In this document: one piece after another, positions 44,141 through 54,073 of the stretch
Position numbering within the stretch: the first letter of the stretch is position 1
Layout: each line of letters opens with the position of its first letter
The notes under the pieces: generated by a model
What the model was told of the DNA's origin: nothing
Seen by the model: the letters and a program-made list of their open reading frames with translations, nothing else
The model's database searches: none
Assembly: GCA_028713895.1 (NCBI GenBank)
Contig: JAQTNH010000001.1
Span: forward strand, 661,376 to 725,375
Direction of reading: 5' to 3'
Source: Candidatus Nanoarchaeia archaeon
Lineage (GTDB): Archaea > Nanobdellota > Nanobdellia > CSSed11-243R1
DNA length: 64,000 nt
Made by a program: the position numbers and the translations under genes

Positions 44141-45565
44141 ATGAAGATAATCTATGCAACTGACATCCACGGGGACTACAACGCCCTTAGATTCGTTGCT
44201 GCTCATGCCAAAAAAACAAAACCTGACTTAATGATTGTTTCAGGCGACATTTTGGACACAGCATTTCCTGAGCCTGACGAACATAAAAAATATTATGATT
44301 CTTTTGTAACATTGCACAAACACAGAACTGATAACAAAATCCAAAAAGGACTTGAAGAGATAGCGAATGAGATAATTGCTGATAAGAGTTCTGATAAAAA
44401 GTTAAAATCAGCTGCATCTGATTACGCTGATTCAATTGAACCTGCAAAAAAGGGAATGCTGTCCCAGTACATGATTGTAAAAAAGATTCTTTCAGAAACA
44501 GGAGTTCCGCATGCAGTTTTGCCTGGCAATTATGATGGATTCGGACTTGAAGAGCTTTTCAAGGAAGACAACCTGCATAAAAAGTCAAAAAAAATAAAGA
44601 ATGTCAAAATATCAGGATACGGAAGCTCAAACTATATAGCTTCATTTGCAATTCCCGAACATCTTATTACTGATTACTATGAATTTGATGAAGACGGCAA
44701 AGTTAAGTCCGAACCTTATTCATTTTTTTCAAAAGAAAAACCTCAGATTGCAGTTATACACAATCCTCCACGTGGAGTACTTGATTCTATTACAAAAGGC
44801 GAAAACAAAACAGAGAAAGACAACACTGGAGAACATGTTGGAGACCCAGAACTTGCAAAATACATTCTTGAAAAAAAGCCAAAAATTGTTTTGAGCGGAC
44901 ATATACACGGAGACTATGGCATAATGAGCTCCAAGGATACATACTTTCTTAACCCAGGAAGGCTTGGCAGAGGAAAAGGCGCAACTGGATGCTTCTACGA
45001 AATCGAAGTTGACGATGAGACTGGCGAACTAAAGAATATAGTTGTTAACCAGATAGCTGATTACGACAGAGGGATTATTGTAGAACTTAGAGATTTTAAT
45101 CATGAAAACAAAAAGAAACCTGTTAAAGCTGAAGCAGCAAAACCTGCTGAAACCGAGGCTAGGACAGAAGCGCCTACAGCATCAAAAGTTCCATATTCCC
45201 TTATCGGGCAGCTTGGAGACATAAGCTACTACACCAAGCAAAGCAAGGGCCTTGCAGAAAAATACCAAAAAAGCAAAGAGCCTGGCTGGTCGTTAGGCGG
45301 ATACTTTGACATGGACGAGCTTACCTGCGAGAACATGTACCCCAAGAAAACAAGGGAAATGTTTGCAGAGAATGCTGTCACACATAATAATTACAAAATA
45401 ATCAAAGAGCTGGATAACCTTGACAAGACATTGTATGGAAAGCAGAAAGAGCACCCTGAGCTTGGAGCGTATCACAGCAAAATAATCTCAGCAATGAGAA
45501 ACCCGTCACAGGCACCAGCATTGATTGCCGAACTCAAGACAGCATTTGTAGAGGCATACGCCTAA
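44141..45565 (+). CDS. metallophosphoesterase with a C-terminal extension
   Basis: Motifs ATDIHGD, SGDILD, PGNYDG, HNPP and GHIHG appear in order. Confidence 0.7.
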   Translation: MKIIYATDIHGDYNALRFVAAHAKKTKPDLMIVSGDILDTAFPEPDEHKKYYDSFVTLHKHRTDNKIQKGLEEIANEIIADKSSDKKLKSAASDYADSIEPAKKGMLSQYMIVKKILSETGVPHAVLPGNYDGFGLEELFKEDNLHKKSKKIKNVKISGYGSSNYIASFAIPEHLITDYYEFDEDGKVKSEPYSFFSKEKPQIAVIHNPPRGVLDSITKGENKTEKDNTGEHVGDPELAKYILEKKPKIVLSGHIHGDYGIMSSKDTYFLNPGRLGRGKGATGCFYEIEVDDETGELKNIVVNQIADYDRGIIVELRDFNHENKKKPVKAEAAKPAETEARTEAPTASKVPYSLIGQLGDISYYTKQSKGLAEKYQKSKEPGWSLGGYFDMDELTCENMYPKKTREMFAENAVTHNNYKIIKELDNLDKTLYGKQKEHPELGAYHSKIISAMRNPSQAPALIAELKTAFVEAYA

Positions 45566-45605
45566 AGAGAAAACATTTAAAACCGACGTTTCTTTTTGAT
45601 TTTAT

Positions 45606-46979
45606 ATGTTAGACAAACTTTCTGACGCGCTAAAATCAGGAATGCGCAAATTCATCAGCGCGATTTTCATAGATGAGACTACGCTCAATGCGTTTGTAAA
45701 TGACATGCAGCGGGCGCTGCTGCAGGCAGATGTTGAGGTAAAACTTGTCTTTAAGATAAGCGAGGACATAAAAAAGCGCGCAAAAGAGGAAATCGGCAAG
45801 GGGCAGGTTGCAAAAGAGCACATAATCAAGATTGTTTACGAGGAACTTGTCAAGGTTCTTGGCGAACAGGGCAGCAAAATAGAGCTTAGGGAAAGGCCCT
45901 ACAAGATTCTTCTGCTTGGACTGTTCGGAAACGGAAAAACAACAACAGCCGGGAAGCTTGCAAAATATTATCTGAACCGCGGAAAGAAAGTCTGCCTTCT
46001 TGCGCTGGACACGTTCAGGGCAGCTGCATACGAACAGCTGATGCAGATAGGGGCGCAGATAAAAGTTCCGGTGTTCGGGGACCCTTCGCAGAAAAATCCA
46101 GAAAAAGTCATTGATAAATTCAAGCATGAGTTTGACAAATACGATGTCATAATCGCGGATTCGGCAGGAAGAAACGCCCTCTCAAAAGAAATGATTGACG
46201 AGATAACAGGGATAAACAAAGTGCTGAAGCCGCAGGAAGTTTTGCTTGTGCAGGGGGCTGACATCGGGCAGAATGCGAAAGAGCAGGCAACTGCATTCAG
46301 GCAGGCGCTGAACATCAGCGGAGTAATAATCACTAAACTTGACGGAACTGCAAAAGGCGGAGGCGCAATAACAGCGACAACAATCGCACATGCGCCTGTG
46401 AAATTCCTCACAGTCGGAGAAAAAGTAGATGACCTGGAAGAGTTTGAGCCGAAAAGATTCGTGTCGCGCATCCTTGGGATGGGAGACATTGAAACCCTGC
46501 TTGAGAAAGCGCAGGAGCTCCAGAAAGAGCAGAACATCGAAAAAGACATGGAAGAGCGGCTCAAGAAAGGGGAATTCAATCTTAAAGACTACCGCGCACA
46601 GCTCAATGCAATGAAAAAGATGGGCTCGCTTTCAAAATTAATCAACATGATTCCCGGACTCGGCATGGCAGGCATACCAAAAGACATGCTTGACATGCAG
46701 GAAGGCAGGATGAAAGTATACAATTATGTCCTTGATTCAATGACGCAGTACGAGCTTGAAAACCCTGACAAAATAAACGCATCACGAATCGCGCGCATTG
46801 CAGCAGGAAGCGGAACAAGCGAAGACGACGTCAGGGAATTGCTAAAGCAGTACAAGCAAATCAAGGCAATGATGAAAGGGCTCAAAGGGAAGGATTTAGA
46901 AAAAATGTCAAAGCGCATGGGCAAGGGCGCATTGAAGGGAATGCCCCTCCCTAAGGGATTTAAGTTCCCCGGGATGTAG
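45606..46979 (+). CDS. srp54: signal recognition particle protein SRP54
   Basis: N, G and M domains with GLFGNGKTTT, DTFRAAA, DSAGR and TKLDG, plus a Met-rich C-terminus. Confidence 0.95.
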   Translation: MLDKLSDALKSGMRKFISAIFIDETTLNAFVNDMQRALLQADVEVKLVFKISEDIKKRAKEEIGKGQVAKEHIIKIVYEELVKVLGEQGSKIELRERPYKILLLGLFGNGKTTTAGKLAKYYLNRGKKVCLLALDTFRAAAYEQLMQIGAQIKVPVFGDPSQKNPEKVIDKFKHEFDKYDVIIADSAGRNALSKEMIDEITGINKVLKPQEVLLVQGADIGQNAKEQATAFRQALNISGVIITKLDGTAKGGGAITATTIAHAPVKFLTVGEKVDDLEEFEPKRFVSRILGMGDIETLLEKAQELQKEQNIEKDMEERLKKGEFNLKDYRAQLNAMKKMGSLSKLINMIPGLGMAGIPKDMLDMQEGRMKVYNYVLDSMTQYELENPDKINASRIARIAAGSGTSEDDVRELLKQYKQIKAMMKGLKGKDLEKMSKRMGKGALKGMPLPKGFKFPGM

Positions 46980-47100
46980 ATTTGTTGTCGTATCAGAATG
47001 ATGAAATGCATGCAATAAAGTATATAAGACAGCGATTTCTTAAAATGCTTATAAACGTTGATAAACAGCGTTTAAAACAAAATTTAATGGGGGTAGCTTT

Positions 47101-47292
47101 ATGGGAGATTTATTGATAGTAGCATCAAAAGTAAAAGCATTAGCAAAGAAAAACGGAATGAACACAGCAAGTGACTTCATGCCAGCATTCAACAAATTAA
47201 TCATGGACAAAATAGTTGCAAAATGCAACATAGCAAAGGCATTCGGAAAGAAAACATTGAGTGCACAGACACTTGGACACAAGAAGAAGTAA
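47101..47292 (+). CDS. DUF1931-like histone-fold-type small protein
   Basis: 63 aa with the patterns LIVASKVK and FGKKTL. It is a paralog of the next ORF. Confidence 0.45.
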   Translation: MGDLLIVASKVKALAKKNGMNTASDFMPAFNKLIMDKIVAKCNIAKAFGKKTLSAQTLGHKKK

Positions 47293-47452
47293 TTCAGCCC
47301 TTTTGCTGGCGCAAAAGCGCTGGCGGAATTTTTTATTTTAATTGCAAATTTATCCTTCGGCTATTTATAAACTTTTTTTCGCAAAAATACCATCCAGAAA
47401 GCTTTTTAATGACATTATTTGTTGGCTTTATTACCAAAAAAGAGGTGGAATA

Positions 47453-47629
47453 ATGTCAGAAGTTTTAATTGTACAATCAAAAGTTAAAGAAGAGATAGGA
47501 AAAGCAGATATGAACTGCTCCGGAGACCTTGCAGAAGCACTCAGCGCAGTAGTTGAGCACAAAATAAAGAGGGCAATCGAAAGAGCAAAGGCAAACGGAA
47601 GGAAGACAGTCAGGCCAGAGGACTTATAA
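47453..47629 (+). CDS. DUF1931-like histone-fold-type small protein
   Basis: 58 aa starting at the ATG at 47453 (GAGGTGG SD upstream). It has LIVQSKVK and RAKANGRKTVRPEDL. The track ORF is over-extended at its 5' end. Confidence 0.5.
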   Translation: MSEVLIVQSKVKEEIGKADMNCSGDLAEALSAVVEHKIKRAIERAKANGRKTVRPEDL

Positions 47630-47718
47630 TTCCTCTTTTTTCTTTTATTTTTACTCTTTTTTTGTCATTTTGCACTGATTAAAAACCTTTAAATAGGGTT
47701 TTATTCTTGATTTGAACT

Positions 47719-48009
47719 ATGGTAAAAAGAACGCATGGGCTTAGAGGAGGCACTCGCAGAAAGCTTTCAAAGCCGGTTAGAGAGCGGGGAAAGATAAAGA
47801 TAAGGGCGCATCTCCAGACGTTTAACATCGGAGATAACGTTCATATCAAAGTGGACTCTGCAGTGCAAAAAGGAATGCCTTTCAAAAGATTTTTCGGAAA
47901 ACAGGGAAAAGTCATTGAACAACGCGGAAACGCTTATGTTATCAGCGTTAAAGAAGGCGGAAAAACAAAGAGCGTTATTTGCGCTCCAGTTCATTTGAGA
48001 AAATTATAG
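47719..48009 (+). CDS. rpl21e: ribosomal protein eL21
   Basis: 96 aa with GLRGGTR...F..GD.V.I..D....KGMP...F.GK.G.V. Confidence 0.9.
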   Translation: MVKRTHGLRGGTRRKLSKPVRERGKIKIRAHLQTFNIGDNVHIKVDSAVQKGMPFKRFFGKQGKVIEQRGNAYVISVKEGGKTKSVICAPVHLRKL

Positions 48010-48019
48010 GGGTGTTCAG

Positions 48020-48355
48020 ATGGTAGATATCGAGTACGAAATCATTAAGGAAGAATTTGTTCCAATACAGAAGGCTAAAGACATTCTTGAAAAAGTAGAG
48101 GAAAAAAGCTACGAACAGAAGCTTGCACTGGAACACGTAAAGAAATTCGCCAAAATGAGCACTGCAGATGCAAACAAGCTGATTAAGGAGCTTGAAAGCA
48201 TCAACATGCGCAAACTCAAGCCAGAGCATGTAATCAAAATTGTTGATTTGGCTCCAAAATCTGTGGACGATTTAAAGATAATACTCATGCATGCAGATGT
48301 TCCATTCAAAGATGAGGAACTTCAGCAGATAATTGAGATTGTAAAAAAGTATTAG
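48020..48355 (+). CDS. rpoF: RNA polymerase subunit Rpo4 (RpoF)
   Basis: 111 aa with an Rpb4-like helical pattern and the conserved eL21-rpoF-DUF655 synteny. Confidence 0.75.
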   Translation: MVDIEYEIIKEEFVPIQKAKDILEKVEEKSYEQKLALEHVKKFAKMSTADANKLIKELESINMRKLKPEHVIKIVDLAPKSVDDLKIILMHADVPFKDEELQQIIEIVKKY

Positions 48356-48367
48356 GTGGGGTGTACT

Positions 48368-48937
48368 ATGCTGTCAGACAGGTCTGAGATGAGGCAGAAT
48401 GTCATAAAGGAAGAGTATGGCATAGTGCTTGATTTCTTATCACACGGACATGCAGGCGCAATGAACCGCTCGGCAGTAGCCCAGGTTCTTGGGGAACAGC
48501 ACCTTGTCCTGCTTGAAATCATCCCGCGAAAAGAAGCCACAATCCAGCCTGGCGAAAGAGTCTACATCGGGCCTGCAAAGCGCGACAAAGTGCACCATGT
48601 TGCAGGAAGAATCCCGTACGACAAGCTGACTCCGACTGCAAAAGGCGAGCTGGACAAATTCGTGGAAAAACTTGTAACCGAAAAAGAAGCGGACTATGTA
48701 AAATTCTACAACACCTGCGGTGCAATCTCAACACGGCTTCACACTCTTGAAATACTCCCTGGAATCGGAAAAAAACACATGTGGGACATAATCAACGCGC
48801 GAAAGGAAAAGCAGTTCGAGAGCTTTGCAGAAATCAAGGAGCGCGTAAAGCTGATTCCAGACCCGAAGCAGAGCATAATCAAGAGGATAATTGACGAAAT
48901 AATGCAGGTTGACAAGTATCATCTTTTTGTTGGCTAA
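48368..48937 (+). CDS. DUF655 HhH-containing putative RNA-binding protein
   Basis: OB-like N-terminal half and the HhH motif LPGIGKKHMWDII. I prefer the ATG at 48368 (AGGTGGGGTG SD) over the track's GTG at 48356. Confidence 0.7.
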   Translation: MLSDRSEMRQNVIKEEYGIVLDFLSHGHAGAMNRSAVAQVLGEQHLVLLEIIPRKEATIQPGERVYIGPAKRDKVHHVAGRIPYDKLTPTAKGELDKFVEKLVTEKEADYVKFYNTCGAISTRLHTLEILPGIGKKHMWDIINARKEKQFESFAEIKERVKLIPDPKQSIIKRIIDEIMQVDKYHLFVG

Positions 48938-48968
48938 ATAAACTACGCCAAAGTTCTGGAGTGAGAAT

Positions 48969-49280
48969 ATGGGTATTGAAAAAGTATTTGTTCCAATAGA
49001 AAAAAGCGAAACTGCAGAAAGGTTAAGAGACCCAGAATTACTAAAATTTGTTGGAGAGAGTTTAGGTCCAGACATCAATCCGACAAAGTTCGGCAAAATA
49101 ATTGACTGTGCAATTAAGACATATCCTGCAGAGTATAACAAATTATTCCTCGGGCACACTGACATATGCCCGGTTACCCAAAAGCCATATTCTACAGATG
49201 TTGCAGACGGCAGGCATGTTTACTGCGGACAATGCGGCGGCACAATCGGAGCGATTGTATGCTGTCCGACAAAACACTAA
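48969..49280 (+). CDS. hypothetical Cys-containing protein
   Basis: 103 aa with a C-terminal CGQCGG...CC cluster. No family recognised. Confidence 0.35.
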   Translation: MGIEKVFVPIEKSETAERLRDPELLKFVGESLGPDINPTKFGKIIDCAIKTYPAEYNKLFLGHTDICPVTQKPYSTDVADGRHVYCGQCGGTIGAIVCCPTKH

Positions 49281-49319
49281 TTCAAAAGCTTTAATACACT
49301 CACCCTTGTTCTTTATCTT

Positions 49320-49706
49320 ATGAAAATTTTCTTAGGCGCAAGCGGGCCTTATGACAGGGACAGGATTGAAAACATACGCATTGTCCTTCAGGGGTTTGGA
49401 ACTGTTTTTGTCGGGCCTGCTGATATTGATAATTATGAATGCGGCAAAATGAAAGCAAGCGAGTTCATGAAAGCGATTTTTGAGGAAATCAAAAAATCTG
49501 ATAAATGCGTTTTTTATTACAACAGCAAGAGCACAGGCATGGGAGCCGAGGCAGGCTATGCAAAGGCGCTCGGCAAGAAAATAATTGTCCTGCTGTCAGA
49601 TAAAACAAGCATAAGCAGGTCTCTTGAAGGGATTTCTGATGCGATTGTGACATTTAAGAAAGTCGAAGAACTGAAAGAAAAATTAAAGAAAGAATTAACC
49701 TGTTGA
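49320..49706 (+). CDS. nucleoside 2-deoxyribosyltransferase-like protein
   Basis: 128 aa with the pattern GMGAEAGYAKALGKKIIVL, typical of this fold. Confidence 0.4.
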   Translation: MKIFLGASGPYDRDRIENIRIVLQGFGTVFVGPADIDNYECGKMKASEFMKAIFEEIKKSDKCVFYYNSKSTGMGAEAGYAKALGKKIIVLLSDKTSISRSLEGISDAIVTFKKVEELKEKLKKELTC

Positions 49707-50564
49707 AAGCAGGTCAATCAAAGTCTGAAGCTTGGTTTTCCGCTGGTCCATGTCCTTCTTTACCTGGTTGTATGTGTCTTCCTTGATTTTTCCGGACGCG
49801 AGCTGGTTCGCCAAATCAGCCATCTGCTTGTCAAGCTCAGCCAATGCCTTAAGGATTTTTACGCCAGGGTCGCCTTTGGTGCCGACTTCCTTTCCAATCT
49901 CATGCACCACTGTTGTTCCAATCGACTTCTTTTTGACATATTTCCTGCTCAAGACATTGTAAATCTCTGAAAGGTCCTCTTCAAGCTTGTCAAATGCCTG
50001 CTTGTCTGCCTTTGCCGCATCTGCTGCAAGGACAATCCTGACATCTGCTTCTTCGCTTGATATATCATACACGCCCGAGACTTTTGCCCAGATTGCCATG
50101 CTTACCTTTTCCTTAATCATATAAAAGATTATTGAGCCAAGGAACCAGAACGGCGTTGCTGCAAGTATCAAAGTCTTGTTGAACCGCAGCCCAGCTTCCA
50201 CATTGAAAACTGTGTAGAGGTAGAATGCAAGGAAACCAATCCCGACTGCCAGAAGAATTTTCCATACCCACGGCCATCGCGAACCCTTGACAATCTCCTT
50301 GTGAGACTTGAGTACTGTGCGTATCGGCTTCAGTCTTCCGCCGCGGTAAATATCCTCTGTGTCTTTTTCTTCCCATCTTGTGAGCTCATTAATCGAGGTT
50401 TTCCAGTCCATGTCCTGCATAAGCTGCTGAATATAACTTCGCAATTCTTCAGGGTCGCCTACGCGCGCATATAAATCATAGAACAGATGCTTGTTCTGCA
50501 TCTCTTTGACCTGGAACTGTCCTTCAGCTCTTTCAACTATTGTTTTTTGGGTTAGTATACTCAT
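49695..50564 (-). CDS. membrane protein with a C-terminal helical (SHOCT-like) tail
   Basis: 289 aa with two central TM helices. No firm family. Confidence 0.4.
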   Translation of the reverse strand: MSILTQKTIVERAEGQFQVKEMQNKHLFYDLYARVGDPEELRSYIQQLMQDMDWKTSINELTRWEEKDTEDIYRGGRLKPIRTVLKSHKEIVKGSRWPWVWKILLAVGIGFLAFYLYTVFNVEAGLRFNKTLILAATPFWFLGSIIFYMIKEKVSMAIWAKVSGVYDISSEEADVRIVLAADAAKADKQAFDKLEEDLSEIYNVLSRKYVKKKSIGTTVVHEIGKEVGTKGDPGVKILKALAELDKQMADLANQLASGKIKEDTYNQVKKDMDQRKTKLQTLIDLLSTG

Positions 50565-50625
50565 AGTTTAACACCGTTTAAAACAAGCAAACAGTTATTT
50601 AAAACACTATTGATATTAACTTAAT

Positions 50626-51177
50626 ATGGCAAAAACAGACGAGGCAATGAAAGAAAAGCTGGTTAAGCTGTCTGAAATAAGCCTTTCTTTGGATACGTAC
50701 GACGATATATTTTCTGATTTTGACTCGCGCCAGTATTCTGAGCGCGCTCTTTCAGATGATTTAATCTCAGAAATGAAAAGAGCTATCAGGGACAAGCCTT
50801 CAGGGGATGTTGTATTGAATTTTATCATGCCGATGGACATGAGAAATTCTGAGGATGAACAACTGATTAAGAAGCGGCTGAAAGAACATTTTAAGAGACA
50901 CCATAACTTTTTGCATAAGGAGATAAATCTGAACCGGACAAAGGGCATTGGCATTGTGGGTTTGGGAGTTCTGCTTATGCTTGCGGCAACTTATGTGTAC
51001 AAATTCATCTCACTGCATATTGCCTTAATGACTCTTTTTCTTTTCCTTGAGCCTGCAGGGTGGTTTACTGTATGGACAGGACTGGAAAAAATAATGAATC
51101 CCAGCGGAACAAAGAACGCAGAGTTTGAGTTTTACGAAAAACTTTCAAAAGTAGAAATAAACTTTTTGTCTTACTGA
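50626..51177 (+). CDS. hypothetical membrane protein
   Basis: 183 aa with two C-terminal TM helices. Confidence 0.4.
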   Translation: MAKTDEAMKEKLVKLSEISLSLDTYDDIFSDFDSRQYSERALSDDLISEMKRAIRDKPSGDVVLNFIMPMDMRNSEDEQLIKKRLKEHFKRHHNFLHKEINLNRTKGIGIVGLGVLLMLAATYVYKFISLHIALMTLFLFLEPAGWFTVWTGLEKIMNPSGTKNAEFEFYEKLSKVEINFLSY

Positions 51178-51608
51178 AGAAGTTTCTGGCATACTGCTTT
51201 GAAGTTCTGTGCATTTGCAGGGAACGCCTCAAGCGAAAGCACAATTTGTATGTTGCCCTCTTCCTCCGGAGTGAATTTGATTTTGTTTTTTTCAAATGCA
51301 AACTGCTTGTCAAAGCGGAGGTAAAGACTGCCTTCCTCGTCAAGATGCAGGTCAAGCTTCTTGAGCAGCGCCTCTTTCTCGCCGCTAGTCATGCTCGCAA
51401 GAATCTTTTCTGCGAGCTCTCGCGCTGGCTTCTTCGCAAGCTTTGCGCGGAAAATCACTATTTTTGTGCCGAATGCGCCGTCGGAATTCAGCCTGCTTAT
51501 GGCTTTTTTTGGAAAGAACGTCTCGAATGCCTGCTGGACTTTTTCAGGATACTCGCTCTCGTAGGCAAACACCTCTCCGGATATCTCGCGCACAGGCAGT
51601 TTTTCCAT
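51171..51608 (-). CDS. predicted RNA-binding protein (exosome-associated DUF54/COG1325-like)
   Basis: 145 aa. The LYLRFDKQ pattern and the size resemble this family. This needs a profile search. Confidence 0.4.
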   Translation of the reverse strand: MEKLPVREISGEVFAYESEYPEKVQQAFETFFPKKAISRLNSDGAFGTKIVIFRAKLAKKPARELAEKILASMTSGEKEALLKKLDLHLDEEGSLYLRFDKQFAFEKNKIKFTPEEEGNIQIVLSLEAFPANAQNFKAVCQKLLQ

Positions 51609-51716
51609 AAATTAAAAAGAGATTTCAGGGCTTTTAACTGTTTCCCAGTGGCACAGTTTTATATATTACTAATCTGTCTGCTAAATTGGTGGGGCTGTCT
51701 ATAAATTGTTTCAGGA

Positions 51717-52094
51717 GTGATTAGATTGAATGAAACAGAACCGCGCTATGGGTTATTGTCAGGTAACTGTGATGAATGCTATACATGTTCTAGACTTAAG
51801 AGGAGCGATTTAGAAACTCAGCTGGATGAAGCATTCCCAAAACCAAATTTTTTTGTAAAAAAAATTAGCGCGTATGTCAGGACTGTTAATGACCTGCTTA
51901 TAGAAAAGATTCATTCAGCAGAAACCAAGGCGGAGAGGGCGCCGTACAAAATGCTTGCAAACCTGCATGCAGACGAAATATTAATCAAAGAGCCTGAAAG
52001 CGAACTAAGCAAAACAGTTGGGCACTGGAAAGATTTGTGCAAAATCGGAAACTGCTACAGGGCAAGAATCTGGCTCGCAGAAAAGAAGCAGTAA
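51717..52094 (+). CDS. hypothetical protein
   Basis: 125-aa ORF with a GTG start and a CDECYTC cluster. No family recognised. Confidence 0.3.
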   Translation: MIRLNETEPRYGLLSGNCDECYTCSRLKRSDLETQLDEAFPKPNFFVKKISAYVRTVNDLLIEKIHSAETKAERAPYKMLANLHADEILIKEPESELSKTVGHWKDLCKIGNCYRARIWLAEKKQ

Positions 52095-52164
52095 CTGATT
52101 TTCAGTGGCACGGTTTTATATACCACAAATAGATATTATAATAAAACAAATCAGGGGTGGGACT

Positions 52165-52902
52165 ATGGTGTACAAGGGAAGAATTATAGGGTTGGGTTTG
52201 ACAAAGGAAGGAAACCCAGTTGCTGTTTATGCTATTTCAGGTCGTTCTGATAACAGCAAGAAAAGGGTTGCAAAATATTTTGATGAAGGTTACACCAAAC
52301 GTGTTTTTATAGACTCATGGGGAGAGCCGACAGAAGAACAAAAACGAAAAGCTGATATCTATTTTTATAATGCGATGAAAATGTTTGGAGACTTGGTGGA
52401 TGGTTTGCCGTATCTTGCAATCAGCAATGGCGTGCATACAGATACAATCGCAAATGTGCGCCATGCAACACCTGACAATAACAATACTGTGCTAAAAACA
52501 CTCAAGCTTTTCGGTCCCGAGCCGGACACACTGCATACTGCACGAATCGGAGGCGAGCTGAATATGCATTTGGAATCAAAATATGCCAGTATTGGAATAA
52601 TCCCTTATTCTACGACAGATTTGGTTGCCTGCGACGCTATAAATTTTAGTGAACTAAAAAAAGGCGAGGTGCGAACAATTTCAACATATTCAGGTTTGGA
52701 TGATAGCAATCCTGCTGCACCAGAGTTCAAAAAACTGGAAGATGTTATTGAGCGATGGGAGCTGGACGGAAAAACTGCAGGTGAATTGGCAGGAAACGTT
52801 TACAACAAAATTGACCCGAACCTTGTTGTATGCACGGTAGCTGCGGTATGGAACGGAACGTTCTGGGATGTTGCTGTGAAAAACATGCACGGAGATAAAT
52901 AA
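52165..52902 (+). CDS. purO: archaeal IMP cyclohydrolase
   Basis: MVYKGRIIGLG...SGRS and ISNGVHTDTIA match PurO signatures. I prefer the ATG at 52165 (AGGGGTGG SD) over the track start at 52105. Confidence 0.85.
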   Translation: MVYKGRIIGLGLTKEGNPVAVYAISGRSDNSKKRVAKYFDEGYTKRVFIDSWGEPTEEQKRKADIYFYNAMKMFGDLVDGLPYLAISNGVHTDTIANVRHATPDNNNTVLKTLKLFGPEPDTLHTARIGGELNMHLESKYASIGIIPYSTTDLVACDAINFSELKKGEVRTISTYSGLDDSNPAAPEFKKLEDVIERWELDGKTAGELAGNVYNKIDPNLVVCTVAAVWNGTFWDVAVKNMHGDK

Positions 52903-52915
52903 AAGGAGATTAAAA

Positions 52916-54073
52916 ATGGCATATTCTACCAAGCTAAAATACGGCATAAACCCGCATAATGGAAATGCTAGTATGCGCATGAGCAAGAAAGGGTATCCAA
53001 TAGAAATTTTAAACGGGAACCCCGGAACTGTTAATCTGTTGGAAGCATTACGTGGCATAGGTTTGGTAGCAGAGATTGACAAAACGTTTGACATGCCTGC
53101 GGCAGCAGCATTAAAACACAAGAATGCAGCAGGCGCGGCGATTGGGCTTCCCTTAGATGATGTTTATAAAAACATTTATTTTTGTGCAGACAAAAAATTG
53201 ACGCAGCTGGCGGCTGCGTACCTTCGCGCAGAAGGCACAGACCCTAAATCTGCTTATGGCGGAACTACCTGTCTTAGCAGAACAATTGATGTCCCCACAG
53301 CACTGGAAATGAAAAAGCGTGTTATTGATGTAGTTGTAGCTCCAGGTTATGAGCCTGAAGCGCTGGAAATTCTTAAAAAGAAAAAAGAGAGCAGGATGGT
53401 AATCATACAGTACGATCCTAAATATGAACTCCCCCCACAGCATACTATTAATGAAGGAGATGTCGAATTCACATTTGACAGAGACAATTATAAAGTTACT
53501 AATGAATTGCTTGAGGATGTTGTTGGAGCACCGCTTACTGAAAACGAGACAAGAGACTTGAAACTTGGCGCAGTCATTGCAAAGTACACCAAATCCAACA
53601 AAACAATATACACCATTGACGGACAAACAGCAGGCGTGATGCCCGGCCAGATGTCAAGAGTTGATTCTATCAGATGGGCTGGTGAAAAATCAATTATGTG
53701 GCTACTGAGACAATCAGAAGAAGTACAAAATATCAAGCCGATAGCAGATAAACTGTCCAAATCAATGTATGACAAGATACAGCTGCAAACCCAGATAGTT
53801 GAAACTTTCTTAAACGGAAAAACCAAAACAGAAAAAAGAGTTATGATAAAGGATGTTATGGAAAACAGAAAGTGGGACAGTTTTAGGGCAACGACTTGCG
53901 GTTTTCTTCCGTTTGTAGACAATATAACAGAAGCCTATAACAATTGTGTTGGGAGCATTCTTTATCCAAAAGCGCCATCAAAAGGGATAAGGTTTCCAGA
54001 GATTTCTGAAGAAGCAAAAAAAGTGGGAATCAAACTTTGTTTATTTCCATACCGGCTATTCAGAGAAGACTAA
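52916..54073 (+). CDS. purH: AICAR transformylase-domain protein (PurH C-terminal-type, stand-alone)
   Basis: The N-terminal KLKYGINPHN resembles the AICARFT LRYGENPHQ motif. It has no MGS/cyclohydrolase domain and is adjacent to purO. Confidence 0.65.
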   Translation: MAYSTKLKYGINPHNGNASMRMSKKGYPIEILNGNPGTVNLLEALRGIGLVAEIDKTFDMPAAAALKHKNAAGAAIGLPLDDVYKNIYFCADKKLTQLAAAYLRAEGTDPKSAYGGTTCLSRTIDVPTALEMKKRVIDVVVAPGYEPEALEILKKKKESRMVIIQYDPKYELPPQHTINEGDVEFTFDRDNYKVTNELLEDVVGAPLTENETRDLKLGAVIAKYTKSNKTIYTIDGQTAGVMPGQMSRVDSIRWAGEKSIMWLLRQSEEVQNIKPIADKLSKSMYDKIQLQTQIVETFLNGKTKTEKRVMIKDVMENRKWDSFRATTCGFLPFVDNITEAYNNCVGSILYPKAPSKGIRFPEISEEAKKVGIKLCLFPYRLFRED

